Source: an uncultured Methylococcaceae bacterium (GTDB taxonomy: Bacteria > Pseudomonadota > Gammaproteobacteria > Methylococcales > UBA1147). Taken from it: DNA of 32,000 nt. Of the stretch, positions 1 through 10,200 are shown in pieces (within the stretch, counting starts at the first letter, position 1; each line of letters starts with the position of its first letter). The position numbers and the translations under genes are program-made. The notes under the pieces were generated by a model. It saw only the letters and a list, made by a program, of their open reading frames with translations. It was not told the DNA's origin and did no database searches. Location of the stretch: contig CAZUGA010000015.1 in the NCBI GenBank assembly GCA_964619885.1, forward strand, positions 59,510 through 91,509, written 5' to 3'.

Positions 1-99
1 TCTAAATGCGCGCGTATATACAGCGGCAATGATGAATAGCGCTATGGTCGCGATTAATAAAGCATGATTACGACTAAAAAAATGAATTCTTGATTTCAC
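1..99 (-). CDS. N-terminal end of a membrane-anchored protein; the gene continues past the left window edge
   Basis: GTG at 99-97 lies 5 nt after GGGAGG (110-105). Translation is VKSRIHFFSRNHALLIATIALFIIAAVYTRAFR, a basic stretch then a hydrophobic helix, and the frame is open to position 1. Confidence 0.35.
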   Translation of the reverse strand, partial: MKSRIHFFSRNHALLIATIALFIIAAVYTRAFR

Positions 100-691
100 G
101 ACAGCCTCCCCGTTGTTCGATTTATTTGGTATACGAATCGAGCCGACTGAACGGATTCAAAAAAACATGATTTTTTTACAACCACCAAGCTTTAGACCAA
201 ACCACGGATGAAATTGGCTTGAAATTGGATAGTTGGTCGGTTAAATGCGCTGGTCGGAAATATAGGAAGCTACAAAGATGCCAACCATTCATATCTCAGA
301 TAGACCAATTCGTCCGAAACCTAATGTCAATTTTTGAAAATTGTTATGCTGCTTCTAGCTTAGGCCGACCATTTATTGACAGTTCCGTCAATTACCCACA
401 AAGCCTGGGTTTCGAGGGATTGAAACGTAGATTTAACCAATATTAATCGACTGTTCTTTGTCATGACCACCGACCGATTAGCCGTAAAAACAGGCCCGGT
501 TCACTTTCACCTTTAATAAGTCATGTATAATCGCCGACAGACTCTATGCACCTTTATAGGTGGGTATTTAGACGGGTAAAACATTTAATCTGGCAGATCC
601 AACTTGTGAACGTGGCGTGATACTACAGCCGTCTCGGCAGCAAACAAGCGGCCAATGCAATTATTTTAAAACCATTTAATCAGGCAACCAC

Positions 692-1612
692 ATGACCGCA
701 AAAACCGATAATTCACAGGATCGAGAGACAAAGTATCGCTCAATTTTCAGCCCCTGCACATCGCAACAACGGCGGCAAAATTTTGAACAATATTGGGAAT
801 TTTCGAAAGCGCATTCCGGCGATATTTTTGAAGATGACCGCGACTTGGTGAATAAACGCACCAAACTCCAGTGGTTTGTCGATCACCCGGTCCGTTCGCA
901 AAAGCCTCTAGACAATCCTGAAGCATTCCGCCGAAACTGCGTTAAGTTGGTCGACGACGCCAGCAAACTCGATAAGCGTACCTTATTGATGACCTGTATT
1001 TACAAATTTGCCCGCCATGAATTCAATGGAATCAAAGGCGCGTGGGACACATTGCCGACGGTTGCATCTGCCAGCAAACTAACCGATAAAATCAGCCGAG
1101 TACACTTGGCCGAAGAATTCTGCCATGTACGTCTTTTCACCGAAATGCTGCATACCTTTCAGCTCGAGAATATCGAGATGCCTCCACTTGGTCCAATAGA
1201 GACCAAGGTCTATGAGATTTTCCCGCTATTCCCCGAAATATTGATGTCACCACCGGCATTTGTAACCGAACTGATGGGCATGAATTTTTACATGCAATTG
1301 GACGAACAAATTTGTACGTTACTCAAAGATGAGCCGGAAGCACGCGATCGACTCAGAGCTCTGCTACACGAAATAATGGTGGACGAGCTTGCCCATATCG
1401 GACAACGCCGAAATTTTATGGGACCTATAGGCGTGTGGTTTTCAAAAATCCTGATCAAACCGATATTCAAGATGTTCACTAGAGACATCCCGGAAATCGC
1501 AATTTTATTTGATCTGGACCGCTTAATCCGTGACGCCCACGCATTCGATTATTCAACCGTGTCGCGACGTTTGATCGAGCGTAGTTGGATTCCGAGCTAT
1601 TGTCATCCTTGA
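692..1612 (+). CDS. Ferritin-like di-iron carboxylate protein (possibly AurF-like oxygenase family)
   Basis: 306-aa ORF with two ExxH motifs about 100 aa apart (AEEFCHVRLF and VDELAHIGQRR), the usual di-iron ligand spacing. The specific family was not verified. Confidence 0.6.
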   Translation: MTAKTDNSQDRETKYRSIFSPCTSQQRRQNFEQYWEFSKAHSGDIFEDDRDLVNKRTKLQWFVDHPVRSQKPLDNPEAFRRNCVKLVDDASKLDKRTLLMTCIYKFARHEFNGIKGAWDTLPTVASASKLTDKISRVHLAEEFCHVRLFTEMLHTFQLENIEMPPLGPIETKVYEIFPLFPEILMSPPAFVTELMGMNFYMQLDEQICTLLKDEPEARDRLRALLHEIMVDELAHIGQRRNFMGPIGVWFSKILIKPIFKMFTRDIPEIAILFDLDRLIRDAHAFDYSTVSRRLIERSWIPSYCHP

Positions 1613-1700
1613 ACCAATTTTGATTTAGTACCCATCAAATCCCTGGTTTGGCGAAATACTAATTGTCTGGCTTGGCGTTGCGAAAGGATTCCGGCTGAAT

Positions 1701-2171
1701 CTAGATAGCGCCTTCCAAATAAACCAGTGCGCCACCGCGGGTGCTGGCTGCACCGTGCCAACTGCCTTGGCGTGCAAAATGAAAATCACCCGCAAACAAT
1801 TCTATGTCTTCGAACGACACATCACCCTCTAGCACGATACAATACTCATCTTGTTCATGCTGATGGCCAGGTAATTCAGCCCCAGGCTCGGCGCGCAACA
1901 GATAAGATTCGATTTTACGTTCGTGATCCACAAACAAGATCTTTTTCTCGATCTTTGGCGTTAGCCTAATCCAATCGCCATCGCCGGACCGGACCGTGAC
2001 ATAATCAGTCGCTTCTGGCTCAGCAGGCCGCTGGGTCTGGGCCATAATTTTGCCAAACAAAGCCTTTTTCCGCTGCTCGGGCATAACTTCCGGCGCCAAC
2101 GAATCACCTACCAGGTTAAGGATGTCATCGTCCAGAGCACCCGCTAATGGTCGCTCTTTAGAACTACTCAT
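1701..2171 (-). CDS. ChrR-type cupin anti-sigma factor lacking the zinc (HxxxCxxC) motif
   Basis: C-terminal cupin signature PGHQHEQDEYCIVLEGDV...FAGDFHF. ATG at 2171 forms an ATGA overlap with the stop (2170-2168) of the upstream ECF sigma gene. The track ORF extends to 2201. Confidence 0.7.
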   Translation of the reverse strand: MSSSKERPLAGALDDDILNLVGDSLAPEVMPEQRKKALFGKIMAQTQRPAEPEATDYVTVRSGDGDWIRLTPKIEKKILFVDHERKIESYLLRAEPGAELPGHQHEQDEYCIVLEGDVSFEDIELFAGDFHFARQGSWHGAASTRGGALVYLEGAI

Positions 2172-2857
2172 AAATGACTCCTGGATTCTTTTTCCGAGCA
2201 CATTAGCTTCTTTAATTCAATGATGGCTCGCCGAATTTGCGTTTTCACCGTTCCGATCGGCTTACCCGTTAATTGAGAAAGCTCACTGTGACTATAGTCC
2301 TTAAAATAGGCCAACGCGAGCAATTGGCGCGAAGCCGCGTCAAGACCAAGCAATGCATCGTGAAGAGCCGAATCCTGCTCCACCGCAACTAGTAGATCTT
2401 GCGCGACCATTGCGCTGTCTTCAACTACATGGTTCTCCACGGCTTCCTCTTTCTCGGCAACGCGCTGCCGTTTGCGCACTCGATCCAGAGCCCTGCTTCT
2501 GCAAATAATAGACAACCACGCCATCACCGATCCACGGTCCGGGATATATTGGTCGGCTTGCTGCCAAACCTGCAGGTAAACATCGCTAAGTACATCTTCG
2601 GCCAAATCGCGTGATTGGCAAATGCGTAAAGCCAATCCAAACAATCGATCCACAGTCATGTTGTACAGCGATTCGAAGGCTAGTTTGTCCTCACCGGCAA
2701 CTGCGGTCATCAATCGGCGCAGTTCGGTATTGTCACCGATAGAATCTTTCAATACCTGATGCTGGGTCAGTTGATCTGGCATAAACAGGAGTATACCGGA
2801 CATTATCCAGCTTCGGAAACCAAGCTCTTGTCGCATTAAAATTTGCATTGGACACAT
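2168..2857 (-). CDS. ECF-type RNA polymerase sigma-70 family factor
   Basis: Region 2 (FESLYNMTVDRLFGLALRI..DLAEDVLSDVYLQVWQQA) and region 4 HTH (LALAYFKDYSHSELSQLTGKPIGTVKTQIRRA). The true start is probably internal (ATG at 2803 or 2782). Confidence 0.85.
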   Translation of the reverse strand: MCPMQILMRQELGFRSWIMSGILLFMPDQLTQHQVLKDSIGDNTELRRLMTAVAGEDKLAFESLYNMTVDRLFGLALRICQSRDLAEDVLSDVYLQVWQQADQYIPDRGSVMAWLSIICRSRALDRVRKRQRVAEKEEAVENHVVEDSAMVAQDLLVAVEQDSALHDALLGLDAASRQLLALAYFKDYSHSELSQLTGKPIGTVKTQIRRAIIELKKLMCSEKESRSHL

Positions 2858-3013
2858 TGCTACCTCGTTGCGTCCCTGCGCATATTTCAGACCGGCATTA
2901 CCAGCCGACCCTGGAGAATAACCGTACTATTATTGCTATAAAAGATACGCGCCGTGTACTGATTCGGATTCAATCTTTGAGATTTAATCGTATCTATGCA
3001 ACCACTCGGGCGG

Positions 3014-3760
3014 TTAAACGCGCAAATTGGCTAGTATTTCCTCCCAAAGCGCTTCATAGGCTTTGGCCGAACGGCTTTTAGCAGCATAACTGGCCAGCGC
3101 CGCACGTTCTAGGCCCATTCGTTCGATATCGCTGGCGTAGGGAATCGTAGATTCAAGCACTTCCGAAAATTGATTTGATAAGCTTTGCATGATCTGCAGG
3201 TGTAATTTCTTACGCCGATCAACCATCGAGAAAAAAGCCATTAACTGCAATTTACTGAGGCCGTTTTTGTGGATAAATTTCTGCAACTGTTCCAATGTTC
3301 TTACCGATAGCGGGGTCGGAATGATTGGCGAGATTAATGCGTCTGCCGCACTAAACACCGACTCCGACAAAAGCGTAATACCGGGGGGGCAATCCAGAAA
3401 TACAAAATCATAATGTTGCGCCAATGGCTTGAGCCGCTTGCGCAATACCCGAAGTGGTTTTTTCTCCCCATCGAGCATCAGATCGGCGTTACGAAAAGAA
3501 AAATCCGCCGGAAGCAAATCGAGATTAGCATAGTCTGTCCCCTTAATCGCGTTATCCAGTTCATTATCGCCACAGATAAGCTTTTGACTACCGCCTTTCA
3601 GCTTGGGCTTGATCCTGAAGTAATAACTGCTCGCGCCTTGCGGATCAAGATCCCAAACCAAAACCCGAAATCCGTCGCGTGCAGCCAGATAGGCTAAATT
3701 GACAGCTGATGCGGTTTTACCAACCCCGCCTTTAATATTGTATATCGCTAGCGTTTTCAA
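3014..3760 (-). CDS. ParA/Soj-family deviant Walker-A ATPase (orphan; no ParB in the window)
   Basis: N-terminus MKTLAIYNIKGGVGKTASAVNLAYLAA (KGGxGKT) and Walker B FVFLDCPP. Confidence 0.9.
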   Translation of the reverse strand: MKTLAIYNIKGGVGKTASAVNLAYLAARDGFRVLVWDLDPQGASSYYFRIKPKLKGGSQKLICGDNELDNAIKGTDYANLDLLPADFSFRNADLMLDGEKKPLRVLRKRLKPLAQHYDFVFLDCPPGITLLSESVFSAADALISPIIPTPLSVRTLEQLQKFIHKNGLSKLQLMAFFSMVDRRKKLHLQIMQSLSNQFSEVLESTIPYASDIERMGLERAALASYAAKSRSAKAYEALWEEILANLRV

Positions 3761-3777
3761 GGTGTCTGCACCTCTTG

Positions 3778-5436
3778 TTATATTTGGTTAACAGTAAAAA
3801 TATGTCGAAATGATGCGGTGTTCTTAACCGATGCAAAATCCTCGAAACGCACGGCAAATTCAATTCTCGCCTGTTGACGTTTTTTCTCTAACTCCATAGC
3901 CAAGACACCCATCGCCAACAAAGTTTTAGCCGGTGTATCAGGTAGCTTCATCATCTCCTGGCCAAACTGTTTGATCGAGTGTTCCTGGACTTCGTAATCC
4001 TGGAAATCACCCAGGGTTTCCTGTAATCGTTTTAAACTGGCGATTGGGTCACGAACCCGCTTCTTCGCGTATAGCGATTGGAAGAATTCCAGCATATAGC
4101 GGAGTTTCTTACAGGTTTTTCGAAGATCGTGCAGGGATTCAGCCGGGGAAGCGTTATCGATACTTGCCCCCTCTCTAAGCACTTTCTCGTGCAGCCGTTT
4201 GATACTAAAAGAGGCAAATTGATAGACTTGAATTTCGGCATTGCTCGCCTCTGAACGTTCGGGTATCGGCGCGTCCAGAAATTTACGCCAGCGCTTCATG
4301 ATCGACCGGTAACTTGACGTTTTCAAAAACCGTGTCAACTCTTCGTACGCCACTTTACGCTTCTGTTCCAAAAAGCGGCGCATGGGATCCAAATCTCCCC
4401 GTATAGAAACCGGCAACGCCAACTTATAAGCTTCGAAATTGAGCAAGTATACGTCTAGATCCCTTGGTAATCCGGTAATCGAAGCCAACCATGCAAAATC
4501 AGCTGAAAATTTGTCAGCGGTTTCGGCAGGAAAAACATGTTTGATTTGCCCCAGCGCCGACCGCGTTCTCCTGACAGCGACACGGTAATCGTGCAAAAAT
4601 TCCGAATCCAAATTGTCTGTCAGGCCTGGCTGGTTCAATTCCATCGACTGAAACAAATCCCGTAAGATTTGCTTGGTAGCCGCGTCCGAGCGCATTTGAG
4701 GATCCAATCGGACACGGACCTTAGACGAATAATCCATCGGCTGACGTCCCAGCACGGACAAAGCCAGCAGCAACGAACTTTGTTGTGAAATAGGCAAGCC
4801 CATTTTGTCCCGCAAAAATGCACTGGCTCGGGTGAAAAATTTTTCGTACCCTTTGATTCCGATCAAGCACAAGCGGGTGATCGATTTTGATTTATCGTTA
4901 CCCGGAACCGCCAAGCTATCTTGCTCGATATGTAAACGCAAAACGGTTTTTTTATCTTTGTTTAACTGAATTAGATTGATCCGTCGGCACTGCAGCTCAA
5001 CTTTTGCAATCAGAGCACGCATCTCCAAAATCGGCTCGAGTCGTGCACGCATAAAACTGGCAGGAAAATCCCAGGCAAACCGAGGCACCGTGGAATGCGT
5101 TAGCGATACCGCTTCGCCGCAGGCTTCAAGGTTGTGCAGATACAATTTGACTTGATTTTGATCCTGCACGATATTCAAACAACAACCCGCAGCGTACAAC
5201 CGCCAATCAAAGCTATCGTAATAACTGCGCAAAAAGCTCTCTTCCGAATGCGATACTCTTCCCAAGAAACCCTTAATTTCAGAAACTAGCTCACTTAAAT
5301 CATACCCTTCGGGTATTTCAAAATTTACCGAATTCATACTCAATAACTTTGGCTGCAAAACGCAAAATTTTTCCGCTAGCCATGTTGTATCTGCCACTAG
5401 ACCCGCTGATCGGCCCAACGCCTGAGCCAAACCCAT
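3778..5436 (-). CDS. CYTH-CHAD two-domain protein (triphosphate-tunnel domain plus polyphosphate-binding CHAD domain)
   Basis: CHAD His/Arg helices (LHDYRVAVRRTRSAL, LHDLRKTCKKLRYMLEFF). N-terminal about 200 aa are CYTH-like. Alternative start at ATG 5337 (MNSVNFEIPEGY). The gene ends 17 nt upstream of the ParA start. Confidence 0.8.
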   Translation of the reverse strand: MGLAQALGRSAGLVADTTWLAEKFCVLQPKLLSMNSVNFEIPEGYDLSELVSEIKGFLGRVSHSEESFLRSYYDSFDWRLYAAGCCLNIVQDQNQVKLYLHNLEACGEAVSLTHSTVPRFAWDFPASFMRARLEPILEMRALIAKVELQCRRINLIQLNKDKKTVLRLHIEQDSLAVPGNDKSKSITRLCLIGIKGYEKFFTRASAFLRDKMGLPISQQSSLLLALSVLGRQPMDYSSKVRVRLDPQMRSDAATKQILRDLFQSMELNQPGLTDNLDSEFLHDYRVAVRRTRSALGQIKHVFPAETADKFSADFAWLASITGLPRDLDVYLLNFEAYKLALPVSIRGDLDPMRRFLEQKRKVAYEELTRFLKTSSYRSIMKRWRKFLDAPIPERSEASNAEIQVYQFASFSIKRLHEKVLREGASIDNASPAESLHDLRKTCKKLRYMLEFFQSLYAKKRVRDPIASLKRLQETLGDFQDYEVQEHSIKQFGQEMMKLPDTPAKTLLAMGVLAMELEKKRQQARIEFAVRFEDFASVKNTASFRHIFTVNQI

Positions 5437-5615
5437 TTTGAATCAATATGGGTTAAGGATTATACAATCTTAATCCTTCGATCATATTAAAATTGAGTAC
5501 GTTGCACAAGCTGCGTTGACTCTATCAAGTCGTAAACCTTAAGATCGTATCTACGATCTGGCACCCATTGGCTGCGGTTCCGCCCGCTGTGATCAAGACC
5601 TGTCAATCCACACCC

Positions 5616-6200
5616 TCAATCGACATATTCACCCACCAACCGATCCGCCATTTGCGTGATATCGACCGGAGATTTTCCGTTGCTGACTTGGGCGATCGAC
5701 GCCATGCCCTCCAGCAATATAAATAGCTTGAACGCCAGCTGCTTTGATTCTCTCGCTCCGGCTTCCCGGGCTAATCTTTCCAACATGCCCAATTCCCATC
5801 TTTTGAAGCACTGACAAGAATCTTCGATGGCGGCATCTTTGCCTGAAAACTCGGCCATGGCGTTGACCGCAAGGCAACCGTGAAATTGGGTGTCACCAAA
5901 CCATTTTTCCGCATCCTCGAAAATGGACAGTATTTTTTTGCGGCCGGACTGATCGCTGCGATCGAGTAGATCAGTCAGGTGCTTCTTATATTCGGAACGG
6001 TAGTATTCCAGCACCGAAATTATCAACTCATTTTTGGTTGGAAAGTATTTGTACAGCGTTCTCTTAGACACTTTGGCGGTACGCATAATCAAATCCACAC
6101 CGGTCGCGTAAAAGCCATTTTCTCTGAATAGTTCGAATGCCGCTTGGATGATCTGATCCCGTTTTAATCCACGGTTTAGGCTTGTAGTTTGCTCATTCAT
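5616..6200 (-). CDS. TetR/AcrR-family transcriptional regulator
   Basis: N-terminal HTH: RDQIIQAAFELFRENGFYATGVDLIMRTAKVSKRTLYKYFPTKNELI. Confidence 0.9.
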   Translation of the reverse strand: MNEQTTSLNRGLKRDQIIQAAFELFRENGFYATGVDLIMRTAKVSKRTLYKYFPTKNELIISVLEYYRSEYKKHLTDLLDRSDQSGRKKILSIFEDAEKWFGDTQFHGCLAVNAMAEFSGKDAAIEDSCQCFKRWELGMLERLAREAGARESKQLAFKLFILLEGMASIAQVSNGKSPVDITQMADRLVGEYVD

Positions 6201-6303
6201 CCAATTTTTTTCAGATTGTCTTGTTTAAATATCAATAAGATACCAGCTGATCATCTACGGTAAATCGGTCGGTATACAGTGGCAAGCAATTGGTATACTT
6301 TTA

Positions 6304-6349
6304 GGTTTACTCTGGTCGCCGACGTAGACTGAGCGGTTTACTCTATAAT
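6304..6349 (+). promoter_or_regulatory. Putative promoter and operator region of the AhpD-like gene
   Basis: Direct repeat GGTTTACTCT at 6304-6313 and 6335-6344; the second copy runs into TATAAT (6344-6349). GAGGAG lies 7 nt before the ATG at 6375. GGTATAC also occurs twice (6271-6277 and 6292-6298). Confidence 0.3.
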
Positions 6350-6374
6350 CAATCAACTAAACGAGGAGAACATC

Positions 6375-6677
6375 ATGCAACGTAACGCAAAGCTTGAACA
6401 TCCAACCGGCAAAGTCCAAACATTGTTGGATGCGGTAAAACGAAGCCTAGGCGTGACACCCAATTTTTTTACCACCTTAGCTCAGGCGCCAACCGCACTG
6501 GAAGCCTATTTGGGTTTCAACGTCACGCTCAGCGATGCCGTACTACCTTTTTTATTGTTGCCCGAAAACCCGTTCATCTGTGACTACAACTACGGTAACA
6601 TGAGGCTTCGTTATTCTAATCGCAATAGGCGAAATATTATGGATCAATCGCACTGTGACTGGCGGCATAAAAAATGA
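6375..6677 (+). pseudogene. Carboxymuconolactone decarboxylase/AhpD-like gene, apparently truncated or decayed
   Basis: The first ~57 aa (HPTGKVQTLLDAVKRSLGVTPNFFTTLAQAPTALEAYLGFNVTLS) look like the CMD/AhpD family N-terminus. The expected CxxC region reads ICDYNYG, then an unrelated basic tail and a stop at 100 aa, shorter than I expect for this family. Confidence 0.45.
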
Positions 6678-6678
6678 A

Positions 6679-6993
6679 GTGAAGCTAGTTTTGCTCGGTG
6701 CAACAATGATTGTCCTGACGTTGTGTAGCACAAAGTTTTTGCGCACGGAAATGGTGACTGATCCTGAATCGGGTTTGATAGTAGGTAAAGGCTATAAACG
6801 CGTCGACGCCTATTGTACCGGCTGCCATACCGCGGCAATGATAACCAAACACCGGGCAACGCGCACAAACTGGATGGGCATTGTTCGGCGCATGCAAAAA
6901 ATCGGCGAATGGACACTAGACCCCGATATCGAGACAGAAATTGTGGATTATCTATCAATCAATTATCCAGCGAATCACTCCAACCCAAACTAA
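6679..6993 (+). CDS. Small lipoprotein with one c-type haem-binding motif (CxxCH)
   Basis: A GTG start at 6679 gives MKLVLLGATMIVLTLCS (lipobox LTLC). CTGCH motif is present. The track ORF starts at GTG 6655. A terminator follows. Confidence 0.55.
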   Translation: MKLVLLGATMIVLTLCSTKFLRTEMVTDPESGLIVGKGYKRVDAYCTGCHTAAMITKHRATRTNWMGIVRRMQKIGEWTLDPDIETEIVDYLSINYPANHSNPN

Positions 6994-7008
6994 CCTCTCC
7001 GCCCGCAC

Positions 7009-7035
7009 CCGCGAGGCAATTTCGCGGCATTTTGT
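7009..7035 (+). terminator. Rho-independent terminator
   Basis: CCGCGA (7009-7014), 7-nt loop, TCGCGG (7022-7027), then CATTTTGT. Confidence 0.55.
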
Positions 7036-7200
7036 AATAGAGAATCTCTCGACCGCGTGAGTATCCATCAAATTCTACGACTGATTGATTAGGAAATGAA
7101 TTGGTATTGTGTGTACTATTTGTCGCGGAGGCAGTTATACCGCCCCACCCAAAATGCTTTTTAGGTGATTAGATTACTGACAGTTTGACCGATTGATTGA

Positions 7201-10200
7201 ATGACGCCCGAAACCGTTCGCATATTCGTTTCTTCCCCCGATGACGTCAAAGACGAGCGTTCCATCGTAAAAGATATCATTGAACGCCTGCGCATTGAAT
7301 ACGAAGCCTATTTCGAAGTTAACGCTATTCTTTGGGAGAACGAAGCCATCGTCGCCACCGGCGGTTTCCAGGAAGCGCTGGTCGACCCCGGCACTTGTGA
7401 CATTGTACTGGTGATTTTCTGGTCAAAGTTGGGTACGCCGTTACCGCAGAATAAATTCGGCGGTTTAACCGGCACGGAGTGGGAATTTATTAATGCGATA
7501 GAGCACTCGCACGAGTACGAGGGCATTCCCCAAGTCTTGGTTTATCGTAAAGATTCACCGATGTTGGGGAATTTTTTTGACGATGAAGCAGTACGCGAAG
7601 TCAGGGAAGATAAGAATAAGCTGGATAGTTTCTTTAAACAGCATTTCTTCAACCCAGACGGCTCATTCAAGCGGGCGTACAGAACGTTCCAAGACCAAAA
7701 CGAATTCGCCAACCTGGTAGAAACCCAACTACACAAACTGCTCGATGAACGTAAAGGTTCCGAAGGCCTCAAAGTGGTGTGGAAGGATTCACCGTTCCGC
7801 GGCCTGCAACCCTTCGAATTCGAACACCATGCGATTTTTTTCGGTAGGGATCAGGCCAAGCGCTATCTACTACGAAAGCTAGCCAAACAGATTGAACGCG
7901 GCATTGCCTTTGTGATGATCCAAGCAATGAGCGGCAGCGGTAAGTCATCTTTGGTTAAAGCCGGATTGTTGCCGCAACTGACTGCGCCCCGCGTTATCGG
8001 CGATGTAGTTGGTATACGCTGGTGCACGCTACGCCCAAGTGACGGCGAAGACAATCCACTGCGGGCCATAGCGCAAGCGATCATGCGTCCCGACGCATTG
8101 GGTACGGAATTACCGCAATACGGTGTGGATGAGGATTTCATCATGAAAGCTTTGTCCTCTGACCCCGCATTGCTTAAACCCTCGCTGCAAGTCGCGTTGG
8201 AGAAAATTGCCGAAGAACGATATCAGGTTGAAAGCGACGTGGTACGACTGGTTATCGTGGTCGACCAATTTGAAGAATTATTCTCGCAGCGAAAAATTCC
8301 GCTCGAACTGAAACAGCTTTTCGTTCGAAACCTGGATGTATTGGCACGCAGCGGAATGGTTTGGGTTATCGGCACCATGCGCAGCGATTTTTTGCACGAA
8401 ACCGAGGCTTATCCGGAACTGCAAGCGCTGATGGAAAACGACGGTCAGTTCCATTTATTCCCGCCGCGACACGAAGAAATCGAACAGATGATCCGCGAAC
8501 CGGCAAAACTTGCCGGACTGGAATTCGAATCGCGCGACGGGGTCAGCCTGGATGAAACGTTGCTCAAAGACGCAACAAGTCAACAAGGCGCGCTACCGTT
8601 ATTGGAATTTACATTGGATGCACTATACGAACGCCGTGTAGAACGCGAGCTGACCTATGCCGCCTACGAAAGTATCGGCGGATTGGCTGGCGCTGTTGCC
8701 GACCGCGCGGAGAAAGTATTTACCAGGCTACCGGACAATATTCAATCATCTTTATCACCGGTATTCCGGGCTCTAGTCACGATCAACCCCAAAGCTAATG
8801 AAAAAGTAACCGCTCGCCGTGCCGACTGGACCCAATTAGCCAAAGCGCCTGAAAATAAAGCGTTTATCGACGCCTTTATAGACGCGCACCTGCTCGTCTC
8901 GGACCAGGCCAGCGCGCAGGAAAAACAGGTGGTTTGGGTTGCACACGAGGCCTTACTGCGCAACTGGCCGCGGGTTGCCAAGTGGGTAGAATCCAATATT
9001 GAAGATCTTAGAGTTCGCTCCCGCATCGCTGAAGCAACCGCGCTATGGGACAAGGAAGGCCGCAACGACCAGTACCTTCTGCCCGAAGGCAAACCGTTTG
9101 CCGAAGCCACCGACTTATTGAACCGGGTCGGCCAGGAGTTAGAGGAACACGAATGCCAATTTATCGATCTGTCGACGCAACGAATCCGCGCTTCGCGATC
9201 GAGAGAACGGGTTAAGGTCGGTATTGGGATCGCATTATTTGTATTGAGCTTACTGGCAATCGGCGGATTGTATTTCACCTTTAATTTTTCATTACTTGCC
9301 ATGCGCAGTATCGACAACAACCGCCTGGTCAAAGCGGACGAAGCGGTCGATCGTGGCAACACGCCACACGCAATCTCACTTGCTGAAGCGGCTGACATCT
9401 TACCGCGGCAATCCTCGTACGTACTCAGCAGGGCGATTTCCAATAATCACTTGGTCGCAATGATCAAAGTGGAAAACAGTCAGGCCGTGGCCCACCGATT
9501 CGCAGGATTTAACTCAAGTTTGCATCATGCTTTGACCTACTCGCCAATAAATCAAGAGCAAGCCAAACCACTCACATTGTGGCGAATCGCTTCGGGAAAA
9601 CCAATGGGCTACCAATTCAACCGCGGGATGACGCAATGGCCGCAAAAACCTGATTTCCACAACGCGGCCTTTAGCGCAGACGGCCAAACCGTTTTTGCGG
9701 TTGCCGAAAGCGGCGTATGGCAACTTCCAGCCGATGGCTCGGGTGGTGCCTCCAGTCCGGCCTATGCTTGCAAAGCCACATCGGACACAATCATTAAACT
9801 AAGCAACGATGGTCATTGGGCAGCCATCAGCTATGATCGTTTGAATGACGGTAGCTGGCTGTGCCTGATGGATTTACAGCAACCGGGCCGTATCGCGTTT
9901 AACGCCAAACTTCACGACAAGCACATCCGCAGTCTGATGTTTTCACCCGATAGCCGCTTTCTGTCAACCGCCTCCGAAGATTTCAACAGCTGCTTAATGG
10001 CGCTGGATTCCGGGACACTAACAAGTCTGGCACCAACCTGTATCATGATCCCCTACACCCGCATCGTTAACCGGGCGAAATTTAACCGGGCGAGCACACA
10101 ATTGGCAATTGCATCGGTAGACGGAATCAGCCGGATTTTTGACATCAACCCTCCATGTCTGCAACAACTGCGCTCCGAATTCGTTACCAATATATCTGCC

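Noticed and set aside
409-426. GTTTCGAGGGATTGAAAC, which resembles a CRISPR repeat terminus (…ATTGAAAC)
   Set aside because: It occurs only once. There are no spaced repeats or cas genes anywhere in the window, so it is not an array.
219-446. 75-aa plus-strand ORF in the first intergenic region
   Set aside because: It uses an alternative start codon, has no convincing RBS and matches no recognisable family. It may be non-coding leader or promoter DNA. I could not support it as a gene.
2934-2962. TGAATCC-N16-CGTATC on the minus strand upstream of the ECF sigma gene, as a possible autoregulated ECF promoter
   Set aside because: It only loosely resembles the GGAAC-N16-CGT ECF pattern, and I cannot recall the exact RpoE-ChrR consensus. 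The match is too weak to list as a feature.
6644-7037. Several overlapping ORFs (6644-6958 minus, 6685-6897 minus, 6813-7037 plus) around the small cytochrome gene
   Set aside because: They are mutually exclusive with the plus-strand ORF, which has a lipoprotein signal, a CxxCH motif and a terminator. They have no motifs of their own.
8742-9443. 233-aa minus-strand ORF, plus others at 10773-11267, 7863-8144 and 10018-10281, inside the large STAND gene
   Set aside because: These are antisense shadow ORFs within a gene that has clear domain signatures on the plus strand. Their translations are Ser/Arg/Ala-rich with no motifs.
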